Positions 28,086 through 36,025 of a stretch of 64,000 nt of DNA are shown one piece after another. The DNA is from an uncultured Clostridia bacterium (GTDB lineage Bacteria > Bacillota > Clostridia > Christensenellales > UBA1242). The stretch is from NCBI GenBank assembly GCA_944372325.1, contig CALVYR010000002.1:11729-75728 (forward strand). The letters are read 5' to 3'. The position numbers and the translations under genes were made by a program. The notes under the pieces were generated by a model. That model was not told the DNA's origin and ran no database searches. It was given only the letters and a program-made list of their open reading frames with translations. Position 1 is the first letter of the stretch, and each line of letters opens with the position of its first letter.

Positions 28086-28793
28086 TTATTTGTCAAGTTG
28101 TTTTGTGTCATACATTTCTAATGGTAACAATTTTATATTTTGTGGCAAATAGTCTGTATTCTTTTTAAATATTTCACTTTCTCTAGCATGGTCTATTTCA
28201 AAACAGAATTCAAAGAATGATTCTAAAAAGGTTTTCAATTCTTCTCTGTCTATGCTTTGTTTTGAATTGTCCTGAGGTTTTACTACTATGAAAAGTTTAT
28301 CTACAATGTCTTTTCCTTCTTCTAAAGGTGGCTGAAAGTAGTTAAAATCAAGCTTTTTTAACCCATTCTTTTTCCAAAAAGAGAAGTAATATCTGTCATC
28401 AAGTCTTCTATACTTAGGATCATCGATTTCACAAAATAAATATTTAAAGGTCTTTCCGTCTTTTTCCGCATCTTGCTTTAAAATTTTTAAAACTTCAGAT
28501 AATATTAGCTTTCCCGTTCCTCTTTGTTGTAGAGTTTTATCAACAAATATGTATTCAATTATGCCAGAGCTTATTTTAGATAAATAATCAAAAATTGCGC
28601 CACCAACTATAACATTATCTCTTTTCAATACTAGAATGTGATATTTGTTTTTATCATCTTTTTTTAAAAGATAGTAGGTTAAATTAGCCAAACTTTCTCT
28701 CTCATTATCATCGGGAAAAGCTTGACTATATAACTTATAAAACTCCTTTAAAAGAAGTTTATCGTTTGGTTTTAGAATAATAAATTTATCCAA
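28086..28793 (-). CDS. GNAT-family N-acetyltransferase
   Basis: 235 aa with the acetyl-CoA motif VDKTLQQRGTGKLIL (Q/RxxGxG). TTG start 9 nt after AAAGGA; 17 nt after the HD gene. Confidence 0.7.
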   Translation of the reverse strand: MDKFIILKPNDKLLLKEFYKLYSQAFPDDNERESLANLTYYLLKKDDKNKYHILVLKRDNVIVGGAIFDYLSKISSGIIEYIFVDKTLQQRGTGKLILSEVLKILKQDAEKDGKTFKYLFCEIDDPKYRRLDDRYYFSFWKKNGLKKLDFNYFQPPLEEGKDIVDKLFIVVKPQDNSKQSIDREELKTFLESFFEFCFEIDHARESEIFKKNTDYLPQNIKLLPLEMYDTKQLDK

Positions 28794-28810
28794 ATGTTCA
28801 ATTCCTTTTA

Positions 28811-29839
28811 CTAAAATTTGAAATTTAAATGGATGTAACCATCCATATTGTAAGAAAGGTTTTTGTCTATAATTTTCTCGGCTATTTTACAGCATTCAGA
28901 CATCCTTGTTCCTTTAAAAAGTGGATCAATATATCTAACTTTTGCACCATGATGAACGAAGTAAACATCTTTTGGTTCAGTTTTAGAAATAAATATTTTT
29001 TTTGCATTTTTCCAAGTTTTGAAAACATCTTTATATTTAGAATTCTCAATTATTTTAATAACTTCTGTTTCTTTCAGATGATATAAATCCTCAATTGAAA
29101 TTACTTTTTCTTCATTGAGCTTTTTTAATATGTCTGCTAAAAATTGCATGGAAAATCTAGTTCTATTTTCACGATAAATTATTGATAGCTGACTTGTAAG
29201 CTTAACAAAAGTTCTTGCAATTTTTTTAGTTTTAAAGCCTAGTTCAATTTCATTTTCTTCGTTTAGTTCTATCTCTATATCATTATATATTTCTTTAATT
29301 TCATCTAAGGTTCTTAGCCTATAAGTAAATAGGGCATTAGAAAGAGAATATTCCAGCCTATCAGAAGATAATTTAGGTGTATCATTGTCTGCAATAGGGT
29401 AGAGATGATAGTTATCTACCTCAAGAATTTGAATATTATCTCTTTTTAATAGAGCCATAATTTCTGGAGAATTCTTTAAAATTTTTGTTGTTAAATCTTC
29501 TGTGCTTTCTTGGGTCATATAATCGCCATTTAAAAAGTCTATACAATGCTTAAATGCTGGCGTTGCTATATCATGAAAAAGCCCAGAAAGCGTTTGTTTT
29601 TTATCATGAGTAAAGTGCCAAATTATTAAAGCAACAGCCACTGAATGGTCTAAACTTGAAAAGAAAAATTTACTTTCAAATAGTGTGGAGTATATTGTTC
29701 CGCAGGTTACGCTAATATTTTTTTGAAATAGTAACTCCTTTGTGTCTATGTATTCATTAAGCCAATCAGGGAAGTCTGGTTCTAAAACCTTAAAATAATC
29801 TTTTATTTCATTATCTAAGCTTTGGTAATATTTACTCAT
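28811..29839 (-). CDS. HD-domain phosphohydrolase (SAMHD1/dGTPase-like motif set)
   Basis: 342 aa. LDHSVAVA .. LFHDIATPAFKH .. SSDRLEYS matches the H..HD..PFxH..DRLDY pattern of COG1078-type HD hydrolases. Confidence 0.55.
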   Translation of the reverse strand: MSKYYQSLDNEIKDYFKVLEPDFPDWLNEYIDTKELLFQKNISVTCGTIYSTLFESKFFFSSLDHSVAVALIIWHFTHDKKQTLSGLFHDIATPAFKHCIDFLNGDYMTQESTEDLTTKILKNSPEIMALLKRDNIQILEVDNYHLYPIADNDTPKLSSDRLEYSLSNALFTYRLRTLDEIKEIYNDIEIELNEENEIELGFKTKKIARTFVKLTSQLSIIYRENRTRFSMQFLADILKKLNEEKVISIEDLYHLKETEVIKIIENSKYKDVFKTWKNAKKIFISKTEPKDVYFVHHGAKVRYIDPLFKGTRMSECCKIAEKIIDKNLSYNMDGYIHLNFKF

Positions 29840-29957
29840 TTTTTCTCCAAAAAATTTAAGTTATGCTATGAATTCCAAACCCTTCATCCAGGTTTGCATT
29901 TGCTGTCTCCTTAGGTTTTAAAGATTAATTTCCTCATCTAAATATTGAATATTAATT

Positions 29958-30033
29958 TGGAGCTACTGGCGGGACTCGAACCCGCGACCTGCTGATTACG
30001 AATCAGCTGCTCTACCAACTGAGCCACAGTAGC
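29958..30033 (-). tRNA. tRNA-Thr (anticodon CGU)
   Basis: The 76-nt reverse complement folds as a perfect cloverleaf: GCTACTG-TG-GCTC-AGTTGGTA-GAGC-A-GCTGA-TTCGTAA-TCAGC-AGGTC-GCGGG-TTCGAGT-CCCGC-CAGTAGC-T-CCA. Encoded CCA; anticodon loop U-U-CGU-A-A. Confidence 0.95.
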
Positions 30034-30047
30034 ACTATAACTATGTT

Positions 30048-30076
30048 AGTATAACATAGACGCAAATTATTTTCAA
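30048..30076 (-). promoter_or_regulatory. SigmaA-type promoter of tRNA-Thr
   Basis: Minus strand: TTGAAA (30071-30076), 17-nt spacer, TGtTATACT (-10 at 30048-30053). The tRNA 5' end is 14 nt after the -10. Confidence 0.6.
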
Positions 30077-30156
30077 GAAAAGTAATTAAATTATTGCTAA
30101 AAAAATTTAACTATGCTAAACTACTTTAGTTTAAACAATATTATAAGGATAGTTTT

Positions 30157-31863
30157 ATGAAAATATCAAAGTTAGTAGGGGAAAGAACAAAGGAAGTTCC
30201 TTCTGGAGTGATTGCTAAAAGTCATGAATATCTTTTAAGAGCGGGTTACATAAAACAGGTGTGTAACGGTGTTTTTTCATTGCTTCCTCCAGCTTTAAGG
30301 GTGCAAAAAAAGTTAGAAAAAATCATCCGTGAAGAAATGGATAAAATTGGCGGGCAGGAGGTTTTATTTCCTGTTTTAATGCCAAAAGAGCTTTGGGAAG
30401 AAAGTGGAAGATATTCCTCTATTGGCAGTGAAATGTTTAGGCTTAAAGATAGGGCAGATCACGATATGGTTCTTGGCATGACGCATGAAGAGGCATCTGT
30501 TCATATGGTAAGAAATATTATTAAAAGTTATGATCAATTGCCTTTCATGATTTATCAAATTCAAACAAAGCTTCGTGATGAACCAAGGGCTAGAGCAGGG
30601 CTTATACGCGTGCGTGAGTTTATAATGAAAGATGCCTATTCTTTCCATACAAACAAAGAAGATTTAGATAACTATTATGAAATAGTTAAACAAGCATACT
30701 TCAATATTTATAAACGAATGGGAATGAAAAATGTAGTTAGCGTAAAAAGCGACTCTGGCATGATGGGTGGAAAAATTGCCGATGAATTTATGCTAATAAC
30801 AGATATAGGTGAAGATAGTTTAGTTGTGTGCGACAATTGCGATTACAGTGCAAATATGGAAGTTGCAGAGGCTATTTTAGACACTTATGAAAGCAAAGAA
30901 GAGCCTACAGAGCTCATTAATACTGGTGAAAATAAAACCATTGAAGATGTATGCAACTTACTAAAAATTGAACCAAATCAAACCTGTAAAGCAGTTTGTT
31001 ATTATTTGTCTAAGAGTAAGAAGTATGTAATAGCATTCATCCGTGGAGATTTAGAAGTAAATGAAATAAAGCTTAGAAATCTTTTAAAAGAAGAGGTAGT
31101 AGCAATTAGCATTGACCATCCTAAAATTGTTGCAGGATATATCGGACCAAAAGATTTTAATGAAGAAGATATTATAACGCTTTATGACATTTCTTTAAAA
31201 GGTGCTAAAAACCTTGTAGTAGGAGCAAACGCTGAGCCTTTTCACATTGCGCATTTTTCTTTTGAGAGAGATTATATTCCAGAAACTTTTGTAGATATCT
31301 CAAAGGTTAAAGAAGGGCAGAAGTGTAAAAAATGTGGGTGTGGTCATGTTAAAATAGTTAGAGGAATAGAAATAGGAAATATTTTCCAACTTGGAAACAA
31401 GTATACCAGCAGTATGCATATGACAGTTCACGATAGCAACGGAGAGGAAATCAACCCAATAATGGGCTGTTACGGCATTGGAATAGGTAGATGTCTTGCT
31501 AGCATTGTAGAAGAGAGTTCAGATGAAAAGGGCATTATTTGGCCAATTGCTGTTGCGCCATGGCAGATTTATCTTTGTCCATTAAGATTAGACGATGAAA
31601 ATGTAGCGAAATCCACAGAGGAAATAAACAAGCTTTTAGAAGAATCAGGTTATGAAGTTCTTTTTGATGATAGAAATGTGTCAGCTGGAAGTAAATTTGC
31701 AGATAGTGAACTTATGGGGATACCTATTAGAATTGTTGTTAGCCCTAGGTCGTTACAAAATAATGAAGTAGAAATTACTTTACGAAAAACAGGTGAGAAG
31801 ATCATGTGTAAAAAAGGGGAGTTAATAAAAAAATTAGAAGAGCTAGTAAAAATTTTAGGGTAG
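30157..31863 (+). CDS. proS: Prolyl-tRNA synthetase (bacterial type with editing insertion)
   Basis: 568 aa with class II motifs (FRDEPRARAGLIRVREF, GCYGIGIGR), a central INS domain and a C-terminal anticodon-binding domain. Confidence 0.9.
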   Translation: MKISKLVGERTKEVPSGVIAKSHEYLLRAGYIKQVCNGVFSLLPPALRVQKKLEKIIREEMDKIGGQEVLFPVLMPKELWEESGRYSSIGSEMFRLKDRADHDMVLGMTHEEASVHMVRNIIKSYDQLPFMIYQIQTKLRDEPRARAGLIRVREFIMKDAYSFHTNKEDLDNYYEIVKQAYFNIYKRMGMKNVVSVKSDSGMMGGKIADEFMLITDIGEDSLVVCDNCDYSANMEVAEAILDTYESKEEPTELINTGENKTIEDVCNLLKIEPNQTCKAVCYYLSKSKKYVIAFIRGDLEVNEIKLRNLLKEEVVAISIDHPKIVAGYIGPKDFNEEDIITLYDISLKGAKNLVVGANAEPFHIAHFSFERDYIPETFVDISKVKEGQKCKKCGCGHVKIVRGIEIGNIFQLGNKYTSSMHMTVHDSNGEEINPIMGCYGIGIGRCLASIVEESSDEKGIIWPIAVAPWQIYLCPLRLDDENVAKSTEEINKLLEESGYEVLFDDRNVSAGSKFADSELMGIPIRIVVSPRSLQNNEVEITLRKTGEKIMCKKGELIKKLEELVKILG

Positions 31864-31889
31864 TTGATTTACTACCCTTTTATTTTTTT
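31858..31889 (+). terminator. Intrinsic terminator after proS
   Basis: GGGTAG/CTACCC stem overlapping the stop codon, followed by TTTTATTTTTTT. Confidence 0.7.
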
Positions 31890-32028
31890 GAAAAGTTATA
31901 TTTAATGAGGTTAATAAAATTATGACTAGATCCTTTTGCAATAGTACTCTGAAATTTAAAGTTAATAGAAATTTTATGATAGGGGAAGAAAATAACTTCT
32001 CTACTTTTTAAATTTTTAGTTAAAAAAT

Positions 32029-32107
32029 GAGTCCATAAACTATTCGCAAAAGACAGCTTTTGCGAATAGTTTGGGCTATTAAAAGCAGTTTGTTTAATTT
32101 TGGACTC
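32029..32107. other. Nested inverted repeats (possible small structured RNA or operator cluster)
   Basis: Outer GAGTCCA-TAAAC (32029-32040) pairs with GTTTA..TGGACTC (32092-32107). Inner perfect 13-bp hairpin CTATTCGCAAAAG-acag-CTTTTGCGAATAG (32040-32069). Confidence 0.3.
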
Positions 32108-32197
32108 AATTTTATAATTGCTCGGCTTTATAATTTTATCAGCTTGTTTTTAATTTAATTAGTTTAAAAAATGCTTTAAATGCCGTATAAAATCTAG

Positions 32198-32261
32198 GTA
32201 CTATGCAAATTTTTTAAGTACTATGCAAATGCTTGACTATAAGATTTTTTTTTGCTATTAT
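32198..32261 (+). promoter_or_regulatory. Promoter of the PadR-like gene, preceded by a tandem 13-nt repeat
   Basis: GTACTATGCAAAT occurs at 32198-32210 and 32218-32230 (20-nt period), abutting TTGACT (32233-32238), a 17-nt spacer and TATTAT (32256-32261). Confidence 0.5.
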
Positions 32262-32351
32262 CTTTTTAGAGTTAAAAATCTTTGTTTAAACAGTTTTTTA
32301 AAAATTTTTATATATAACTCTTCATCAAATTTTATTAGGAAAAGGTTTTGT

Positions 32352-34145
32352 ATGGAAATTAAGGAAATTCCAAGAGGTCAACTTTCGACAATAATTTTAT
32401 CTACATTATTAGATGGAGATAAATACGGCTATGAGATTATAAAAGATATTGAAACCAAATCTGGCGGTAAAATAAAAATTAAACAGCCAAGTCTTTATAG
32501 CAGTTTAACCAGAATGGAAAATCAAAAATTGATTTCATCTTATTGGCGAGATAGCGACATCGGTGGAAAAAGGCACTATTATAGATTAACAGATTTTGGT
32601 AGAAAACAGACAGAACAATGGCAAAATGACTTTATAAATTCAAATTCTGTAGTATCAGGGCTTTTTAAAGATGGTGAAAATGGCGAAAACTTTAAACTTA
32701 AAGAAGAACCTGTAAAAGAAGAAAAACAAGAAGAACCAAAATTTTTACAACAAGAAAACTTGTTTTCTCAAATTAATAAAACAGAAAAAAAGCAAGAAGA
32801 AACTACTTCTCAAACTCCCCTTATGCCAGATCAATTAGATATTTTTGAACTAGCTAATAAGGTTATGGAGGAAGAAAAGAAAAAGAACGAAAAGGTTGAA
32901 ATACAAGAGGAATTTGTTCCGCCACCAGAAAAACATTATAATGTTTATCAAGAATTAAATCAGCTTAGAAAACAAAATGAAATTTCAAGCTTTGCTGAAA
33001 ATATAAAAGAAGATTACGATGATGACGCCGATGATGTCGAAGAACTTAATGAAATTCCATTTAATAAATCTTTTGCTGAAAGTTTAAAAAGTGATACTAA
33101 TGAAACTCTGGTAACAAATTCTAATGGCCCTCAGCAAGATGAAAAAACAAATGTTGCTGTTGAAACTACATATCATGAAGAAAAAATAGAAGACAACAAT
33201 CAAGAAGAAAACTTAAACTATATTCAAAATTTTGATGAATCTGAAGATGATATAAATTTTGCTGAAATTTATAACGAACCTTTACATGAAGAACAACCTG
33301 AAGAAGACACGATAGTTAAAAACACATATAACTTAAGTAATCAAAACCAAGATCCTTCAGAAATTATAATTGAAGAAAAACAGGATAAGAAAGATTATAC
33401 ATATTCAAAACAAGAGAAAGATGAAGGTATTTTTATAACAGAAACGCCAGATCCTAACAGCTTGCCAAAAGTAAAAAAAATAGAACCTGCCAGATTTACA
33501 ATTGTTGGCGAAAGTCCCCTTTTTAAATTTTCAAATGTTGAAAATCAATATAATGAACTTGTAGAAGATTTATATAAAAAAGGCTTTAATGACAAATCTT
33601 CTGAAGGATATCTAACTTACTCCGCACTTAGTGAGCATTATAAGAAGAATGGTTTAAAATTTTATCCGTATGAATCTAAAGAAATCTCTTCGCAAAATGA
33701 AAAATTAGTGAAGAAAGTAAATAATGATTTTGTTCCTATAAACAAAATTAACTTTTATAAATCAATTATTTATCTGGCATTAATTTTAGTTGAAACTTGG
33801 CTATCTTACACAATTTTAAGCGTTTTAGGGGCCCAGCCTCAACAATTATTCTTATATATAATAGTCACTGTTTTAGCATTTTGTCCTGCTGTTTATACTG
33901 GAATTATGTTTTATAAAAATCCAGACAAACAGTTGCCAAAAGAGATACAGGAATTTAAACAATTTCTTATAAATTTAGGCATTGCTGTATTAGGAATTTT
34001 ACTTGTATTTTCTTTCAATGTACTATTTGGCTTTAACGGAGAAAATTTTTCAAACTACGCAACTACAATTGTATTGCCTTCGGTGTTATTATTGAATGTT
34101 CCTATTTCTTATTACATTTCAAAAGAATTTATGAAAAGGTTTTAA
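32352..34145 (+). CDS. PadR-family wHTH regulator fused to an acidic linker and a C-terminal 4-TM domain
   Basis: Starts at ATG 32352 (MEIKEIPRGQLSTIILSTLLDGDKYGYEI..LYSSLTRME..YYRLTDFG, a PadR signature). About 370 aa of Glu/Asp/Asn/Gln-rich linker follows, then four hydrophobic helices at the C-terminus. The ORF-track N-terminal extension covers the promoter and is rejected. Confidence 0.7.
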   Translation: MEIKEIPRGQLSTIILSTLLDGDKYGYEIIKDIETKSGGKIKIKQPSLYSSLTRMENQKLISSYWRDSDIGGKRHYYRLTDFGRKQTEQWQNDFINSNSVVSGLFKDGENGENFKLKEEPVKEEKQEEPKFLQQENLFSQINKTEKKQEETTSQTPLMPDQLDIFELANKVMEEEKKKNEKVEIQEEFVPPPEKHYNVYQELNQLRKQNEISSFAENIKEDYDDDADDVEELNEIPFNKSFAESLKSDTNETLVTNSNGPQQDEKTNVAVETTYHEEKIEDNNQEENLNYIQNFDESEDDINFAEIYNEPLHEEQPEEDTIVKNTYNLSNQNQDPSEIIIEEKQDKKDYTYSKQEKDEGIFITETPDPNSLPKVKKIEPARFTIVGESPLFKFSNVENQYNELVEDLYKKGFNDKSSEGYLTYSALSEHYKKNGLKFYPYESKEISSQNEKLVKKVNNDFVPINKINFYKSIIYLALILVETWLSYTILSVLGAQPQQLFLYIIVTVLAFCPAVYTGIMFYKNPDKQLPKEIQEFKQFLINLGIAVLGILLVFSFNVLFGFNGENFSNYATTIVLPSVLLLNVPISYYISKEFMKRF

Positions 34146-34177
34146 AAAAATCACGGACTCAAAATCCGTGATTTTTT
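34144..34177. terminator. Bidirectional intrinsic terminator between the convergent PadR-like gene and rny
   Basis: ATCACGGA/TCCGTGAT stem (34150-34172), loop CTCAAAA, flanked by A7 upstream and T6 downstream. Confidence 0.8.
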
Positions 34178-34188
34178 ATAATTTTCAT

Positions 34189-35775
34189 TTATTTTGCTAT
34201 AGCTGTAAAACGAGATTCTCTAATAACATTAACTTTAATTTGACCAGGATAATCCATTTCTTTTTCTATCTTTTTAGCAATATCGTTAGCAAGGAAAACG
34301 GCCGTTTCATCTGAGATTTCAGATGGTTTTACCATGATTCTAACTTCCCTACCAGCTTGAATTGCATAAGATTTTTCCACGCCTTTAAAGGAGTTAGAAA
34401 TTTCTTCAAGCTTTTCTAGCCTCTTTACATAGTTTTCAAGAGATTCTCTTCTTGCGCCAGGTCTTGAGCTTGAAATTGCATCTGCAACTTGTACAAGTAT
34501 TGCTTCAACGCTATTGAATTCCACATTAAAATGATGGGCTTCAATACAGTGAATAACAGCTGGGCTTTCTTTATATTTCTTAGCTAAATCTACACCTATA
34601 GTGACATGAGTACCTTCTACTTCATGGTCTAAAGCTTTACCAATATCATGTAGCAAACCACCGCGTTTAGCAACTTTAACATCTGCACCAATCTCTGCTG
34701 CAAGTAAACCTGCTATATATGCAGTTTCTAATGAATGCTTTAAACAATTTTGACCATAACTTGTTCTAAATTTAAGTCTACCTAAAATTTTAACAAGCTC
34801 TGGGTGCATACCATATATTTCTGCTTCTTCAACAGCTTGCTCACCCGCTTCTTTAATTGTGCTTTCAACATCACGGGTAACTTTGTCTACAATTTCTTCT
34901 ATTCTTGTAGGATGTATTCTACCATCTAAAATTAGTTTTTCAAGAGATAACCTTGCTATCTCTCTTCTAACTGGATCAAAACTAGAAAGTGTAATTGCTT
35001 CAGGAGTGTCATCAACTATTAAATCTACACCTGTAGCATTTTCAATAGCTCTTATATTTCTTCCTTCACGGCCAATAATTCTACCTTTCATATCATCATT
35101 AGGAATTGTTACTACAGATACAGTTGTTTCAGATGTAACATCGGTAGCACATTTTTGAATAGCTAGAGCTACAATATCTTTGGCAATTTTTTGACCATCT
35201 TCGCGTGCTGTATTTTCAATTTCTTTTACTGTTTTAGCTGCGCTAATTTTGGCTTCTTCTGTAAGAGCATTTATAATTAAGTTTTTAGCTTCTTCCTTTT
35301 TTAGCCCAGAAACTTTTTCAAGCTCTTTAACCATGTTGTCTTTAACTTCTTTTTGCTCGTCATACAACTTTTCAAGATTTGCCTGTTTGTCTAGTAAATC
35401 TTGTTTTGCCTGTTCAAGAGCTTCAGATTTTTTATCTAGCGCAAGTTCTTTTTTATCTATAAATTCCTCACGCTGTAATATTCTATCCTCAGACTTTTGA
35501 ATTTCAAGCTTTTTTTCTTTTTGTTCTTTTTCAAAATCAAGCCTTAAATTTTGAATTTCATTTTTAGCTTCAAGCAATGCTTCCTTCTTTACTGTTTTGG
35601 CTTCAGCATAAGCATCCTCAATAATTTTTAGTGCTTGTGCTTTGTTTTTACTTGTCTTTTTGCCTATAAAAAATGTTTCAATCCAAATTCCTGCAACTAC
35701 GCCAATAATTGCAGTGGCTAAGCTTACCAAAACAACTACATAAGGAGCAACGCTTAACAATAAACTGTTGCTCAT
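34189..35775 (-). CDS. rny: Ribonuclease Y
   Basis: 528 aa. N-terminal TM anchor, coiled coil, KH domain ([11 protein letters not shown]) and HD domain (LLHDIGKA). Confidence 0.9.
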   Translation of the reverse strand: MSNSLLLSVAPYVVVLVSLATAIIGVVAGIWIETFFIGKKTSKNKAQALKIIEDAYAEAKTVKKEALLEAKNEIQNLRLDFEKEQKEKKLEIQKSEDRILQREEFIDKKELALDKKSEALEQAKQDLLDKQANLEKLYDEQKEVKDNMVKELEKVSGLKKEEAKNLIINALTEEAKISAAKTVKEIENTAREDGQKIAKDIVALAIQKCATDVTSETTVSVVTIPNDDMKGRIIGREGRNIRAIENATGVDLIVDDTPEAITLSSFDPVRREIARLSLEKLILDGRIHPTRIEEIVDKVTRDVESTIKEAGEQAVEEAEIYGMHPELVKILGRLKFRTSYGQNCLKHSLETAYIAGLLAAEIGADVKVAKRGGLLHDIGKALDHEVEGTHVTIGVDLAKKYKESPAVIHCIEAHHFNVEFNSVEAILVQVADAISSSRPGARRESLENYVKRLEKLEEISNSFKGVEKSYAIQAGREVRIMVKPSEISDETAVFLANDIAKKIEKEMDYPGQIKVNVIRESRFTAIAK

Positions 35776-35902
35776 TATTTCACCTCTTATAAAAATTTAA
35801 ACTTATCACAAAAGGGGCTATTAGCCAAGTTTCTCTATATCACAATAAGGTTTAGCGAAAACTCGCTAACTTCCTCTTTAATTAATAAATTTACTTTATA
35901 AG

Positions 35903-35949
35903 TTTAAAATAAATCTTCAAACAAGTCAACTATTTTTGTTTGAAGATTT
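35903..35949 (-). terminator. Probable terminator after thiI
   Basis: Perfect 13-bp stem AAATCTTCAAACA/TGTTTGAAGATTT (35911-35949) with a 13-nt loop, followed on the - strand by ATTTTAAA. Confidence 0.45.
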
Positions 35950-36025
35950 AAGTTTTTTTGAAAAAATATATTATGCAAATTATAGAACACTATATATTGT
36001 GTATTATGCAAAAGAATACACACAA

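Noticed and set aside
27360-29957. Genomic island integrated at the 3' end of tRNA-Thr.
   Set aside because: I found no repeat of the tRNA 3' segment (att-like) downstream by eye, no integrase, and no compositional break. I report it only as a possible cotranscription unit.
31922-32011. 29-codon ORF (MTRSFCNSTLKFKVNRNFMIGEENNFSTF) in the proS-PadR intergenic region.
   Set aside because: The SD-like GAGG is 11 nt away from the ATG, the ORF lies downstream of the proS terminator with no promoter, and it has no distinctive features.
32223-32351. N-terminal 43-aa extension of the PadR-like ORF in the track.
   Set aside because: The extension covers the TTGACT-17-TATTAT promoter and a poly-T tract. 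The PadR homology starts exactly at the internal ATG at 32352, which has an AGGAAAAGG SD.
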